Assembly (NCBI GenBank): GCA_012271015.1
Contig: JAAXHD010000056.1
Coordinates: forward strand, 10,115-74,114
From: Candidatus Poribacteria bacterium
GTDB lineage: Bacteria; Poribacteria; WGA-4E; WGA-3G
DNA: 64,000 nucleotides
Direction: 5' to 3'
Part shown: piece by piece, positions 56,259-64,000 of the stretch
Numbering within the stretch: the first letter of the stretch is position 1
Layout: every line of letters begins with the position of its first letter
The notes under the pieces: model-generated
What the model was told of the DNA's origin: nothing
The model's database searches: none
Seen by the model: the letters and a program-made list of their open reading frames with translations, nothing else
Translations under genes and position numbers: made by a program

Positions 56259-56301
56259 ACTGCTAAATTAGTAACTCTGAAACACACTTCGGACGAAAGA
56301 C

Positions 56302-57939
56302 ATGTCACAGCAACGTATCCTTCTGATCCGCATCTTTATAGGCATCGCATTCGCTATTTTCGTATCCCCACCAGTACTCTTGGCTGATTCTGGCACACAC
56401 TGGCTAATTGTGGACGCAACACCGGAAGCACGTGCCTATGAACAGGTAAACTCACTGATCGAACTCCTAACAACACGCGGAAAAGTACCCAGTGCGCAGA
56501 TCCACCGTGTTGAAGGTGACACTGCCACGCCTGAAGAGATCCATGCCATGCTTCAAGAAATTGGGAGGCAAACCGAGGTTCAGGATACTCTGGTATTTCT
56601 ATATCACGGGATGGTTACCAAACCGAGAGGCATGAACGCCATGCATCTGCTAACACAAGGAGACGAACAAGGGATCCAAGATGCCACCCTCAATGACTGG
56701 TTCAGAGAAACAAAAAGAAAAGACACCATTGTTATTGTCGACGGTTACACGGAGGATACGAACCTAAACGCCTACTACGCGAACCGTGAGACGCTCGGCA
56801 CTGCCGCTCTCAACTCAATACAACCCGCAGAGAACACAGATACTACACTCCTTTTCCAACAACTCCACGATGCACTCGCCACAGGAACAACCGATACAAA
56901 CGATAATCGACAACTCAGCATAATAGAATGCTACGAATTGTTGCGAACCAATCCCGGTTTTGTGGACGGAATTCTTGCCCCAACTGGTGATGTCGAAATG
57001 GCACTGCTCAAACTTAGCCCCGCGCTTAAGATCACAACATTCCCCGAAGACGCAGATATTTTCATCAATAACGTAGAGATGGGAAGCACACCGAAGCTCA
57101 TCACAGAAAATCTGCAACAAGGCACCTCCACTGTAACTGTAAAGAAAGCAGGGTACATCATCCCACCACCCAAAACTGCTGAATTGCAGTTAGAACTTGG
57201 AAAATCCGTCCATCTTGGCTGGGCACTTGAGCCTATTGCCGTTCAGGGAGCTGTTACAGGTGTGTCCGATGTGTCACCTGCCGGGGCTGTTGTTTGGATT
57301 GATGGAACGGCCCACCAACAGACTGTGGAAGCGGATGGAATCTACCGTTTCGATGAGTGGAAGGATTCAGGTTTACTGAGTCTCGGAGACACTTATACGC
57401 TCTATGTGAAACAGGGTAACCTGAATTACGGTTCGGCAACTTTTACATTTGATGGCTATACCGACATAGCACAACCCCTGCAGCTTGTGCAGCGAACTTG
57501 GTTTGAAGTGTCACAAATCGAATTCGACCGGCATAATCATCAAGGGGCTGTCACTGCCTTTCAGAATGGCATTGAACTCACGAGCGATTTTCCACAAATG
57601 TCCCCTGATCTAACAGTTCTATTGCTCAGCTCCTTCGCCGATGCCGTAGAGAAACAAGACGTTCAGGATGTTACCTACCTCGTCGTTACAGCAAAACTTG
57701 CCGACCAGCATGGTCAGCCCGAACTTGCCAAAAAGTATTGGGAAGAGGTGAAAATAAAAGCGGAAAGCGGAAGTTCTGCCGCTAAACTGGCGAGCCAACG
57801 ACTCTGGGATCTCAACCGTGGACGTTATCTCTTGAATATCGGCTTAATTGTGTTGCTGGCAGTCCTACTGGCATCAGGTGTGTGGACGTTTATAAGATTC
57901 CGCAAATCCAAGCGAACTGTGCCAGGAGATGCGCAATGA
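56302..57939 (+). CDS. Secreted multidomain protein: caspase-like domain without the catalytic Cys, PEGA domain, CarboxypepD_reg-like domain, C-terminal TM anchor
   Basis: Signal peptide. DTLVFLYHGMV...TIVIVDGYTED. PEGA-like LKITTFPEDADIFINNVEMGSTPKLI...VTVKKAGY. C-terminal TM helix LLNIGLIVLLAVLLASGVWTFI. Confidence 0.5.
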   Translation: MSQQRILLIRIFIGIAFAIFVSPPVLLADSGTHWLIVDATPEARAYEQVNSLIELLTTRGKVPSAQIHRVEGDTATPEEIHAMLQEIGRQTEVQDTLVFLYHGMVTKPRGMNAMHLLTQGDEQGIQDATLNDWFRETKRKDTIVIVDGYTEDTNLNAYYANRETLGTAALNSIQPAENTDTTLLFQQLHDALATGTTDTNDNRQLSIIECYELLRTNPGFVDGILAPTGDVEMALLKLSPALKITTFPEDADIFINNVEMGSTPKLITENLQQGTSTVTVKKAGYIIPPPKTAELQLELGKSVHLGWALEPIAVQGAVTGVSDVSPAGAVVWIDGTAHQQTVEADGIYRFDEWKDSGLLSLGDTYTLYVKQGNLNYGSATFTFDGYTDIAQPLQLVQRTWFEVSQIEFDRHNHQGAVTAFQNGIELTSDFPQMSPDLTVLLLSSFADAVEKQDVQDVTYLVVTAKLADQHGQPELAKKYWEEVKIKAESGSSAAKLASQRLWDLNRGRYLLNIGLIVLLAVLLASGVWTFIRFRKSKRTVPGDAQ

Positions 57940-57997
57940 ATTGCGCGACTACGAACCGGGTTTATCTCTAATTTGAAATTGGATAAAACACTATCCG

Positions 57998-59077
57998 TTA
58001 CGGCACCTGTATATTCGGCATAAGCTTCTCTAACACGACAGTCGCATACCCACCTGCAGGTAGTGTAAAATCGAGATGTCCCCCCTTGCTATTGACAGAT
58101 GACACCTCATGCAATTGCATCGGCATCCGTAAAGGTCTACGCGTCCCCGGCAAACGGATACCGACAACCTTACGAAAGGCTTCAAACCGAACCCTTTCAT
58201 CTGCGAGGAGCGATGTCTCCAAAGTGAGTACGTCGCCAGTCGGTAGACGCATCTTATATCCGAAAATCGGACCCGAAGGACTAATTTCAAATGCATCTGC
58301 TCGCGATTGCTCAGTAGTAGCATCTGTAACGAGAAAAGGTGCTCCATTGTCGTGTTTCACAGCGATGTCCCCCTCAAGGAGTTTGTCCAAATAAGGAAGC
58401 CGCTTTTCTAAGAGGCAGTTAAAGAGATACGCTTGGTACGCCGACAAATACAACTTGCGCAGCCGATGTGGAATACCCATTATGACCCTTTCGACGGGTT
58501 TTCTTTCTAATTCCCGTTGTACATGGCGTGAGACATGATCATCCTGTAGTGCGTCATCTGTGAGGATATAACGCATCACCGTCTCCCAATCCGCTTTTAC
58601 TAACGCTTTACCAACCAGATGTGAATTGTTTTTGTTCCCAAACCGCTGTGCTCCAAAGCGATTCGGTACACCTTCAGTTGCCATCCGCTTCATCACCGAT
58701 TCGACACGCAGTAGGGCATCGTGAGGAATATCGCGGAGGATTATCTGAAACCTGTTGCCCCGGAGATGTCCCACTCTTAATTTATGGGGATGCCGTTCCG
58801 CCCAAAGGACTTCAATATCCGGTTGCTCAATTTTCAGAACTCGCTCCGGTAACACCCCTTCAACAGACAGTACTTGTGTTGTGACGGCGTTCTTATCCTT
58901 CAAGCCTGCGTAACCAAACTGCCGAGTATGTACCTGCAAGTCTCGGGCTATTCGGTTAATCGCCTCCAAGGTACCGAGATTCCGTTTCCGAATAGCGAAA
59001 AAGGTATGCGTCCCTGTTCCGGTAGGCTCATAAAGTGCTAATTCTTCGACAATAAAATCTTCAGGTTTTTTAATCAT
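57998..59077 (-). CDS. truD: tRNA pseudouridine(13) synthase TruD
   Basis: FIVEE...GTGTHTFFAIRKRNLGTLEAINRIARDL...FGYAGLKDKNAVTTQ. Confidence 0.85.
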   Translation of the reverse strand: MIKKPEDFIVEELALYEPTGTGTHTFFAIRKRNLGTLEAINRIARDLQVHTRQFGYAGLKDKNAVTTQVLSVEGVLPERVLKIEQPDIEVLWAERHPHKLRVGHLRGNRFQIILRDIPHDALLRVESVMKRMATEGVPNRFGAQRFGNKNNSHLVGKALVKADWETVMRYILTDDALQDDHVSRHVQRELERKPVERVIMGIPHRLRKLYLSAYQAYLFNCLLEKRLPYLDKLLEGDIAVKHDNGAPFLVTDATTEQSRADAFEISPSGPIFGYKMRLPTGDVLTLETSLLADERVRFEAFRKVVGIRLPGTRRPLRMPMQLHEVSSVNSKGGHLDFTLPAGGYATVVLEKLMPNIQVP

Positions 59078-59097
59078 ATTTTAATTATTCCTTGCGG
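59078..59097 (-). promoter_or_regulatory. Conserved leader box abutting the truD start
   Basis: Minus-sense CCGCAAGGAATAATTAAAAT-ATG. Confidence 0.6.
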
Positions 59098-59115
59098 ATA
59101 AGTTTCGTAACTTAT
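59098..59115. repeat. Palindrome ATAAGTT-TCGT-AACTTAT upstream of truD
   Basis: Same half-site as the 9500-9585 array. It lies immediately distal to the truD leader box. Confidence 0.6.
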
Positions 59116-59344
59116 TATTGGAAAGGTTTTGATTTTGAGTCACACTCCATTTCATTCCGTGCTTGGTTTTTGATGTTATGAATCTTAATTGTTCCTTTGG
59201 CTCCTCTTACGTCCTTTAGTATTTGCGCCATTATAGTCATCATCAGCCCGTTTGTCAAACTGTGAAAAACAGAAATATTTCTTTGCTATCAACGATTAAA
59301 TGTGGTATACTTAATAGAGGCATATTTATAAAAAGGAGGGTGAG

Positions 59345-60604
59345 ATGGCTTACATAATTTGCGAACCGTGCGTTGATGTCATGGACACCGCATGCGTTGA
59401 TGTCTGTCCGGTCGATTGTATACACACTACTGAAGGCGAAAATCAACTTTACATAAATCCAGACGAATGTATCGACTGCGCGGCATGTGAACCTGCGTGT
59501 CCGGTTGACGCGATCTCTATGCAAAGTGACGTCCCCAGTGAATGGGAACCGTTTATTGAGATTAACCGTAAATTTTTCGAGACCTTCGTTAAACCTGAAA
59601 CCGCGGATGAAGGAACCGGTGAAGCAGGAAAAACCGCACAAGGGAAGCAGCAAGGTATACCGGAAGAATTTGTACAAATACCAGAGGTTCCAGACTCAAG
59701 ACTTCGCGCACCATACAATGTCTTAACAATGCTCGGACAACCACTTCTTGGTGCCTTTTCAGCCAAGTTCAAAACACGGCTTGAGGAGATGGCTGGCAAT
59801 ACGCTTGTCTTTAGTTCTGCGGTATCAACAGGTATCAACAGCCTCATCAACTTGACGCTCTATCCGCTTATCCTCTTCTTCATCGGGGTCAAAGGGCAAA
59901 GTGCCAACCTTTTTACGAGTGAAGGCAACCTGATGATTTTCTTAGGGATCATCATCGCCATTTCTGAAGGCATTTACCGATTCAAAGACGAGTTCAATTC
60001 CACAGTTGAACAACCGCGCTACGGTGCCGCTTTCTACGGATGGTTCCCATCACTCATTGCAACCCCACTCCTGAGCGGCTTACGTTCAGCACTCACCGTT
60101 CAGCGAACCGAAGAACGCAGAACGATGCCCGGATCGGTCCTCACAGATGGTGAAATCTATTCCGACGACTTACGGGAACGTTACCGACGCTACGGTATGG
60201 TAAATCGCCTTACGGAGCTGGCAAATCACTACGAGGTGGAAATTGAATTCCCGAGATGGGTTCCAAATTCCGTCACCAAAGAAGAACATGAACTCCCTGA
60301 TAGAATGCCAGACTACACTTATGAAATTCAACTCAGTTCACCGTATGCCCCCGGTGAACCACCGGCACCTGAAAGTATTTTAACTGTTCAGACACAATTG
60401 GACGATCCAAGGTTTACCTCTGTTGTGGGACGCACAAGTTCATTCCCGAACGGTTTCACAAATATCATGCCGATCTCAGGACAACCAGAGGATTTTCAGG
60501 CAACCTACCGGGATAAAGTGTTGACGATTATCGTTTCTAAAAGCGGCACATGTGAATCACTCGGACTTGAACCCACAGTGCATTATGCCAAACTGAAGGG
60601 ATAG
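59345..60604 (+). CDS. 7Fe (FdxA-type) ferredoxin domain fused to a hydrophobic segment and an uncharacterised C-terminal domain
   Basis: MAYIICEPCVDVMDTACVDVCPVDCIH...LYINPDECIDCAACEPACPVDAI...VPSEWEPFIEINRKFF. About three hydrophobic helices follow, then about 150 aa ending ...FQATYRDKVLTIIVSK. Confidence 0.7.
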   Translation: MAYIICEPCVDVMDTACVDVCPVDCIHTTEGENQLYINPDECIDCAACEPACPVDAISMQSDVPSEWEPFIEINRKFFETFVKPETADEGTGEAGKTAQGKQQGIPEEFVQIPEVPDSRLRAPYNVLTMLGQPLLGAFSAKFKTRLEEMAGNTLVFSSAVSTGINSLINLTLYPLILFFIGVKGQSANLFTSEGNLMIFLGIIIAISEGIYRFKDEFNSTVEQPRYGAAFYGWFPSLIATPLLSGLRSALTVQRTEERRTMPGSVLTDGEIYSDDLRERYRRYGMVNRLTELANHYEVEIEFPRWVPNSVTKEEHELPDRMPDYTYEIQLSSPYAPGEPPAPESILTVQTQLDDPRFTSVVGRTSSFPNGFTNIMPISGQPEDFQATYRDKVLTIIVSKSGTCESLGLEPTVHYAKLKG

Positions 60605-60625
60605 CGAAACTTGCAACTATAGGCT

Positions 60626-61990
60626 ATGGTTGATAAAGAAACGCTTGTCGATTGGGATAAGCGTTACCTCTGGCACCCGTTCACACAAATGCAGGACTGG
60701 CTGGCGGAGGAACCGGTCATCATTGAAAGGGGTGAGGGGTGCTATCTCATCGATATTACCGGAAATCGGTATATTGATGGCATCGCTTCCATGTGGACAA
60801 ACGTCCACGGGCATAACCATCCAGCACTGAACGCTGCACTCAAAACGCAGATAGACAAGATCGCACACACTACACTGCTCGGGTACAGCAATATCCCTGC
60901 GATCCAACTTGCACAAAAATTGGTGGAACTCACACCGGCTGGACTGAACAAGGTATTTTACTCCGACAACGGTTCAACCGCTGTCGAAGTCGCCTTGAAG
61001 ATAGCGTATCAGTATTGGCAACACAAGAAAACACCACAACGGAAACTGTTTATCCATTTCGACAATTCATACCACGGCGATACGATAGGTGCGATGAGTG
61101 TCGGTGGTATTGATAGTTTCCATACTACCTTTGATTCCCTCCTTTTCAAAGGTATCCGTGTGTCCGCTCCTGAAACCTATCCCCCCTCGCGCGCTGTGGA
61201 TACATCCGATAATGCATCTGCGGTTAAAATTCGTTGGCTCAATGCGGTGGAACGCGCACTCTCCGAACATGAAGAACAAATTGCGGGTATTATTTTAGAA
61301 CCGCTCATTCAGGGTGCCGGTGGCATGCTTATCGCACCGCAAGGATTTCTAAAGGAACTCGCCGCATTAGCAAGACGGTGGGAAACACTGCTTATTGTTG
61401 ATGAAGTGATGACCGGGTTTGGTCGCACTGGCAAAATGTGGGCATGCGAGCACGAGGACGTTACACCCGACCTCTTATGCACAGCAAAAGGACTCGCAGG
61501 TGGTTATCTACCTCTTGCGGCTACACTCACTACCGACGAAATCTATAACGCCTTCCTCGGTGAGTACCGAGACCTCAAAACCTTTTTCCACGGACACACC
61601 TTCACGGGAAACCCATTGGCATGTGCAGTCGCATTAGAAAACATCGCTATTTTCGAGCGCGAAAATCTCCTTTCCCAACTCCAATCTACTATTGAACACT
61701 TCAGGAATCGGCTTCAGGAATTTTACAAGTTGCCGCACGTCGGAGATGTCCGAGTGTGTGGCTTTGCCGCCGGTGTAGAATTAATGAAAAACTCGGACAC
61801 CTGCACACCTTATCCCTTGGAGGAGAAGGTAGGTATCCGAGTCTGTAAAGAGGCACTCACCCGTGGGGCGATACTTCGACCGCTTGTCAACACTATCGTC
61901 CTGATGCCCCCTCTACAAATCTCGATTTCAGAATTAGATACCTTGCTGGATATCGCCTATTCATCCATTGAAATTGTGACAAACGGATAA
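60626..61990 (+). CDS. bioA: Adenosylmethionine-8-amino-7-oxononanoate aminotransferase
   Basis: YLWHPFTQM, DNGSTAVEVALK, IVDEVMTGFGRTGKMWA, and TFTGNPLACA. Confidence 0.9.
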   Translation: MVDKETLVDWDKRYLWHPFTQMQDWLAEEPVIIERGEGCYLIDITGNRYIDGIASMWTNVHGHNHPALNAALKTQIDKIAHTTLLGYSNIPAIQLAQKLVELTPAGLNKVFYSDNGSTAVEVALKIAYQYWQHKKTPQRKLFIHFDNSYHGDTIGAMSVGGIDSFHTTFDSLLFKGIRVSAPETYPPSRAVDTSDNASAVKIRWLNAVERALSEHEEQIAGIILEPLIQGAGGMLIAPQGFLKELAALARRWETLLIVDEVMTGFGRTGKMWACEHEDVTPDLLCTAKGLAGGYLPLAATLTTDEIYNAFLGEYRDLKTFFHGHTFTGNPLACAVALENIAIFERENLLSQLQSTIEHFRNRLQEFYKLPHVGDVRVCGFAAGVELMKNSDTCTPYPLEEKVGIRVCKEALTRGAILRPLVNTIVLMPPLQISISELDTLLDIAYSSIEIVTNG

Positions 61991-62037
61991 TTTAAGTTCA
62001 TTACGGTGCCTATAGGGGATTGAAGACCGATACTGGA

Positions 62038-63672
62038 TTAATGCACACGGATGATCCGGCGTCCTGTGAAGGTTTGACCAAACATATCCGTTGTCCGGAC
62101 GTGGATAACGTGCGTTCCTTTGCGGACATCCGATGGGAGTTTAGCTTGCCAGATGTGCGTTGATTTTACAGCTCCGTTAATCACTCGTCCCCTTTGTGGC
62201 AGCTCGCTCTCCTCCTTCAACTGTGGCTTCATCGTTTCCCGAAGGGCGATATGCAGTTTTCGTTCAAGTTGGTCGGTATCGTCCCGTGCCTTGAGGGCTT
62301 TATAGTATGGATCTTCCTGAGGCATATAGGTCATCGGTTCCCATGTACCGACCTCGCCAAGACGAATTTCAACCGTTGAGCGTTTGGTGCCTCCAAACAC
62401 GTTAACGATTACATCTGTCTCACCAGTTTCTGCAGACGCAACTTCCCAGGGTGCCCATATATTCATCTGATAATCCGCTGGACGACGAGCGGCTTTAAAC
62501 CGAATTGAATATTGATTCCCACTGAATGTGAAGACACCATATCCATTCGGTGCACCATCTCTCATGGTTGTGTGAGGTATACCGACTTCATCAAACGTGC
62601 CCCGCCACCAACTGCCCGATGTGGTTGCATGATTGTGATGATGATGTGAGTCATCTCCATGCCAACCGTGCTCCGGTCCAACGAAGTCATCCCGTTGGAA
62701 GTGCGTGTGTGCTGACAGAGATAACGTGTAAGGTCGATCGCCGAGTAGATTCATCAATTCCTTCACATCCCGCATCTCCGTCAAGGGAATATGTAGGGAT
62801 ATAACGACGAGCTGATCCTTCGGCACAAGAGCAAGATCGTTTCGAATGAACGTCAACTGTCGTTCTCCGACCTCACTTGAGTAGCGAGGCCTGTTCTCCT
62901 CATCGTTGAAGAAGTACACATTATCAATGTTGATGAAATGGACAGGTCCCCAATCATAAGAATAGCAGGCGGGCCCATAAACACGTTCAAAGGTCTCATC
63001 TGCGTACTGGTCGTCTGTAGCAAGAAAGTTCATATCATGGTTACCATGGACGTTATACCATGGTATCCCAACGGTAGCCATCACCTCGTTAAGGGGGTGG
63101 AATAAGTCTAAATCGTCACCTACCAAATCGCCGAGACTGATTCCGAACACCGCATCAATTCCAATAACTTCTTCAATTACATCATGTGCTAACCACTCAA
63201 TCTCTTGCATATTATAGGGCTGTGTATCCCCGAAAACGAGCACCTTGAAGGTATCCGCCTCAGACTGTTCAGTGAGCGGAAAATCAATCGATTCCGGTAA
63301 TGGACCTGTTGGTGCGATGCCGGCATACTTCAGTCCTTCTGGCGAACCGTATGGTTTGTGAATGTAATAAAACCGCGGGAGACGATTCCCATCAACCGGC
63401 GTCATAAACCCACGGGGCTTAATAACAAAGAGGATCACGTCATCACTGACTGCGAGCGAGTATTGACCGTTGGCATCGGTTTTTACAATATCCTGCCCAT
63501 TAGAGACGCGAATCTCAGGCAACCCTTTTTCGTTGTCGTCCATCACTTGGTTTCCGTTTGTATCAAGAAATACAGTGCCGGTTGCGGTTGAATTTTCTGC
63601 GATACTGTTTCCAACATAGCAAAAAATCGAGATGACGATTAAAACCGCTAAATTCCATTGCTTATAATCCAT
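62038..63672 (-). CDS. Secreted calcineurin-like metallophosphoesterase with an N-terminal SdrD-B/CarboxypepD_reg-like domain
   Basis: GTVFLDTNGNQVMDDNEKGL, VLVFGDTQPY, SLGDLVGDD, NVHGNHD and LSAHTHF. Confidence 0.75.
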   Translation of the reverse strand: MDYKQWNLAVLIVISIFCYVGNSIAENSTATGTVFLDTNGNQVMDDNEKGLPEIRVSNGQDIVKTDANGQYSLAVSDDVILFVIKPRGFMTPVDGNRLPRFYYIHKPYGSPEGLKYAGIAPTGPLPESIDFPLTEQSEADTFKVLVFGDTQPYNMQEIEWLAHDVIEEVIGIDAVFGISLGDLVGDDLDLFHPLNEVMATVGIPWYNVHGNHDMNFLATDDQYADETFERVYGPACYSYDWGPVHFINIDNVYFFNDEENRPRYSSEVGERQLTFIRNDLALVPKDQLVVISLHIPLTEMRDVKELMNLLGDRPYTLSLSAHTHFQRDDFVGPEHGWHGDDSHHHHNHATTSGSWWRGTFDEVGIPHTTMRDGAPNGYGVFTFSGNQYSIRFKAARRPADYQMNIWAPWEVASAETGETDVIVNVFGGTKRSTVEIRLGEVGTWEPMTYMPQEDPYYKALKARDDTDQLERKLHIALRETMKPQLKEESELPQRGRVINGAVKSTHIWQAKLPSDVRKGTHVIHVRTTDMFGQTFTGRRIIRVH

Positions 63673-63798
63673 ACGAAAGCCTCCTTTTACACCAATGCGT
63701 TGAGTGAAATTTTCTGATAGACCTAATATTGTGAACGTGAATGTGATATAAGTCCGTCTTATCAGTGAGCATTTTTATTTAATTTAAAGGTAAAGGTA

Positions 63799-64000
63799 TC
63801 ATTCCAATCCCCACTCCTGCCGGAGTTCTGTTATCGGTCTGTAACTTGCACCTTTGTTGTAGAAATTACCGAGCCAACTGCCATCTTCACGAAAAAAGAA
63901 ACGGTCATCTTTCTCTTCGCAAGCGAGTTGGTATCGCGTATCAATACTGATACGATAGCGATCAGAGCGATTGGGAGCACTGCTGTGCATCATGTAAAGC
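63799..64000 (-). CDS. Phytanoyl-CoA dioxygenase (PhyH)-like protein, C-terminal part (gene continues right of window)
   Basis: ...HSSAPNRSDRYRISIDTRY resembles the PhyH C-terminal His/Arg motif. The track Met is probably internal. Confidence 0.45.
   Translation of the reverse strand, partial: LYMMHSSAPNRSDRYRISIDTRYQLACEEKDDRFFFREDGSWLGNFYNKGASYRPITELRQEWGLE

Noticed and set aside
59345-59570. The ferredoxin domain as the missing NuoI
   Set aside because: The cysteine pattern is the FdxA 7Fe type (CxxCxxxxC...CP plus CxxCxxCxxxCP), not the NuoI 2x CxxCxxCxxxCP pattern. The gene is 50 kb from the nuo operon and fused to unrelated domains.

Overview
This is a gene-dense bacterial chromosomal window, with roughly four fifths of the genes on the minus strand. 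An LptE-like lipoprotein, a TolC-like protein and a GT9 heptosyltransferase point to a diderm bacterium, which I cannot name from sequence alone.

Core content:
- Complex I genes nuoA-B-C-D, then two unrelated genes, then nuoE-F-G-H-J-K-L (1-11008). nuoI is absent and the spacers inside the operon are unusually long and rich in hairpins.
- pdxH, trkH-trkA and glycine cleavage gcvT-H-P.
- The conserved string rimP-nusA-ylxR-infB-DUF503-rbfA-DHH-ribF-rpsO-pnp (23.6-33.8 kb), with no truB.
- A CCA/polyA-polymerase family gene, acs, an rpoD-like sigma factor, nfuA, a TolC/HlyD/ABC-ATPase operon, truD and bioA.

The only clearly accessory patch is about 39.3-45.7 kb. It holds:
- A DNA methyltransferase next to a PD-(D/E)xK nuclease gene that is split by a 212-bp MITE-like element.
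- Small coiled-coil tail-anchored proteins.
- A HigBA-type (HI1419/HI1420) toxin-antitoxin pair whose toxin is frameshifted.
- A TolB-like beta-propeller protein.
- An orphan promoter-to-terminator cassette.

Other signals worth a second look:
- A family of intergenic hairpins with variable stems but a conserved AACAACGG loop.
- A conserved leader box abutting several start codons.
- A shared C-terminal K(L/I)AT(T/Q)WGQLK tail on two secreted proteins.
- An Arg/Asp/Ser-rich tail on PNPase.
- An 87-bp tandem duplication inside the sigma factor gene.
- A 7Fe-ferredoxin fusion protein.
- An efflux operon that lacks its permease.

I saw no rRNA, tRNA, CRISPR array, integrase or transposase gene. 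I did not find a convincing new multi-gene system. The repeat families and the decaying R-M/TA island are the best leads. All functional calls rest on motif recognition by eye, and no searches were run.
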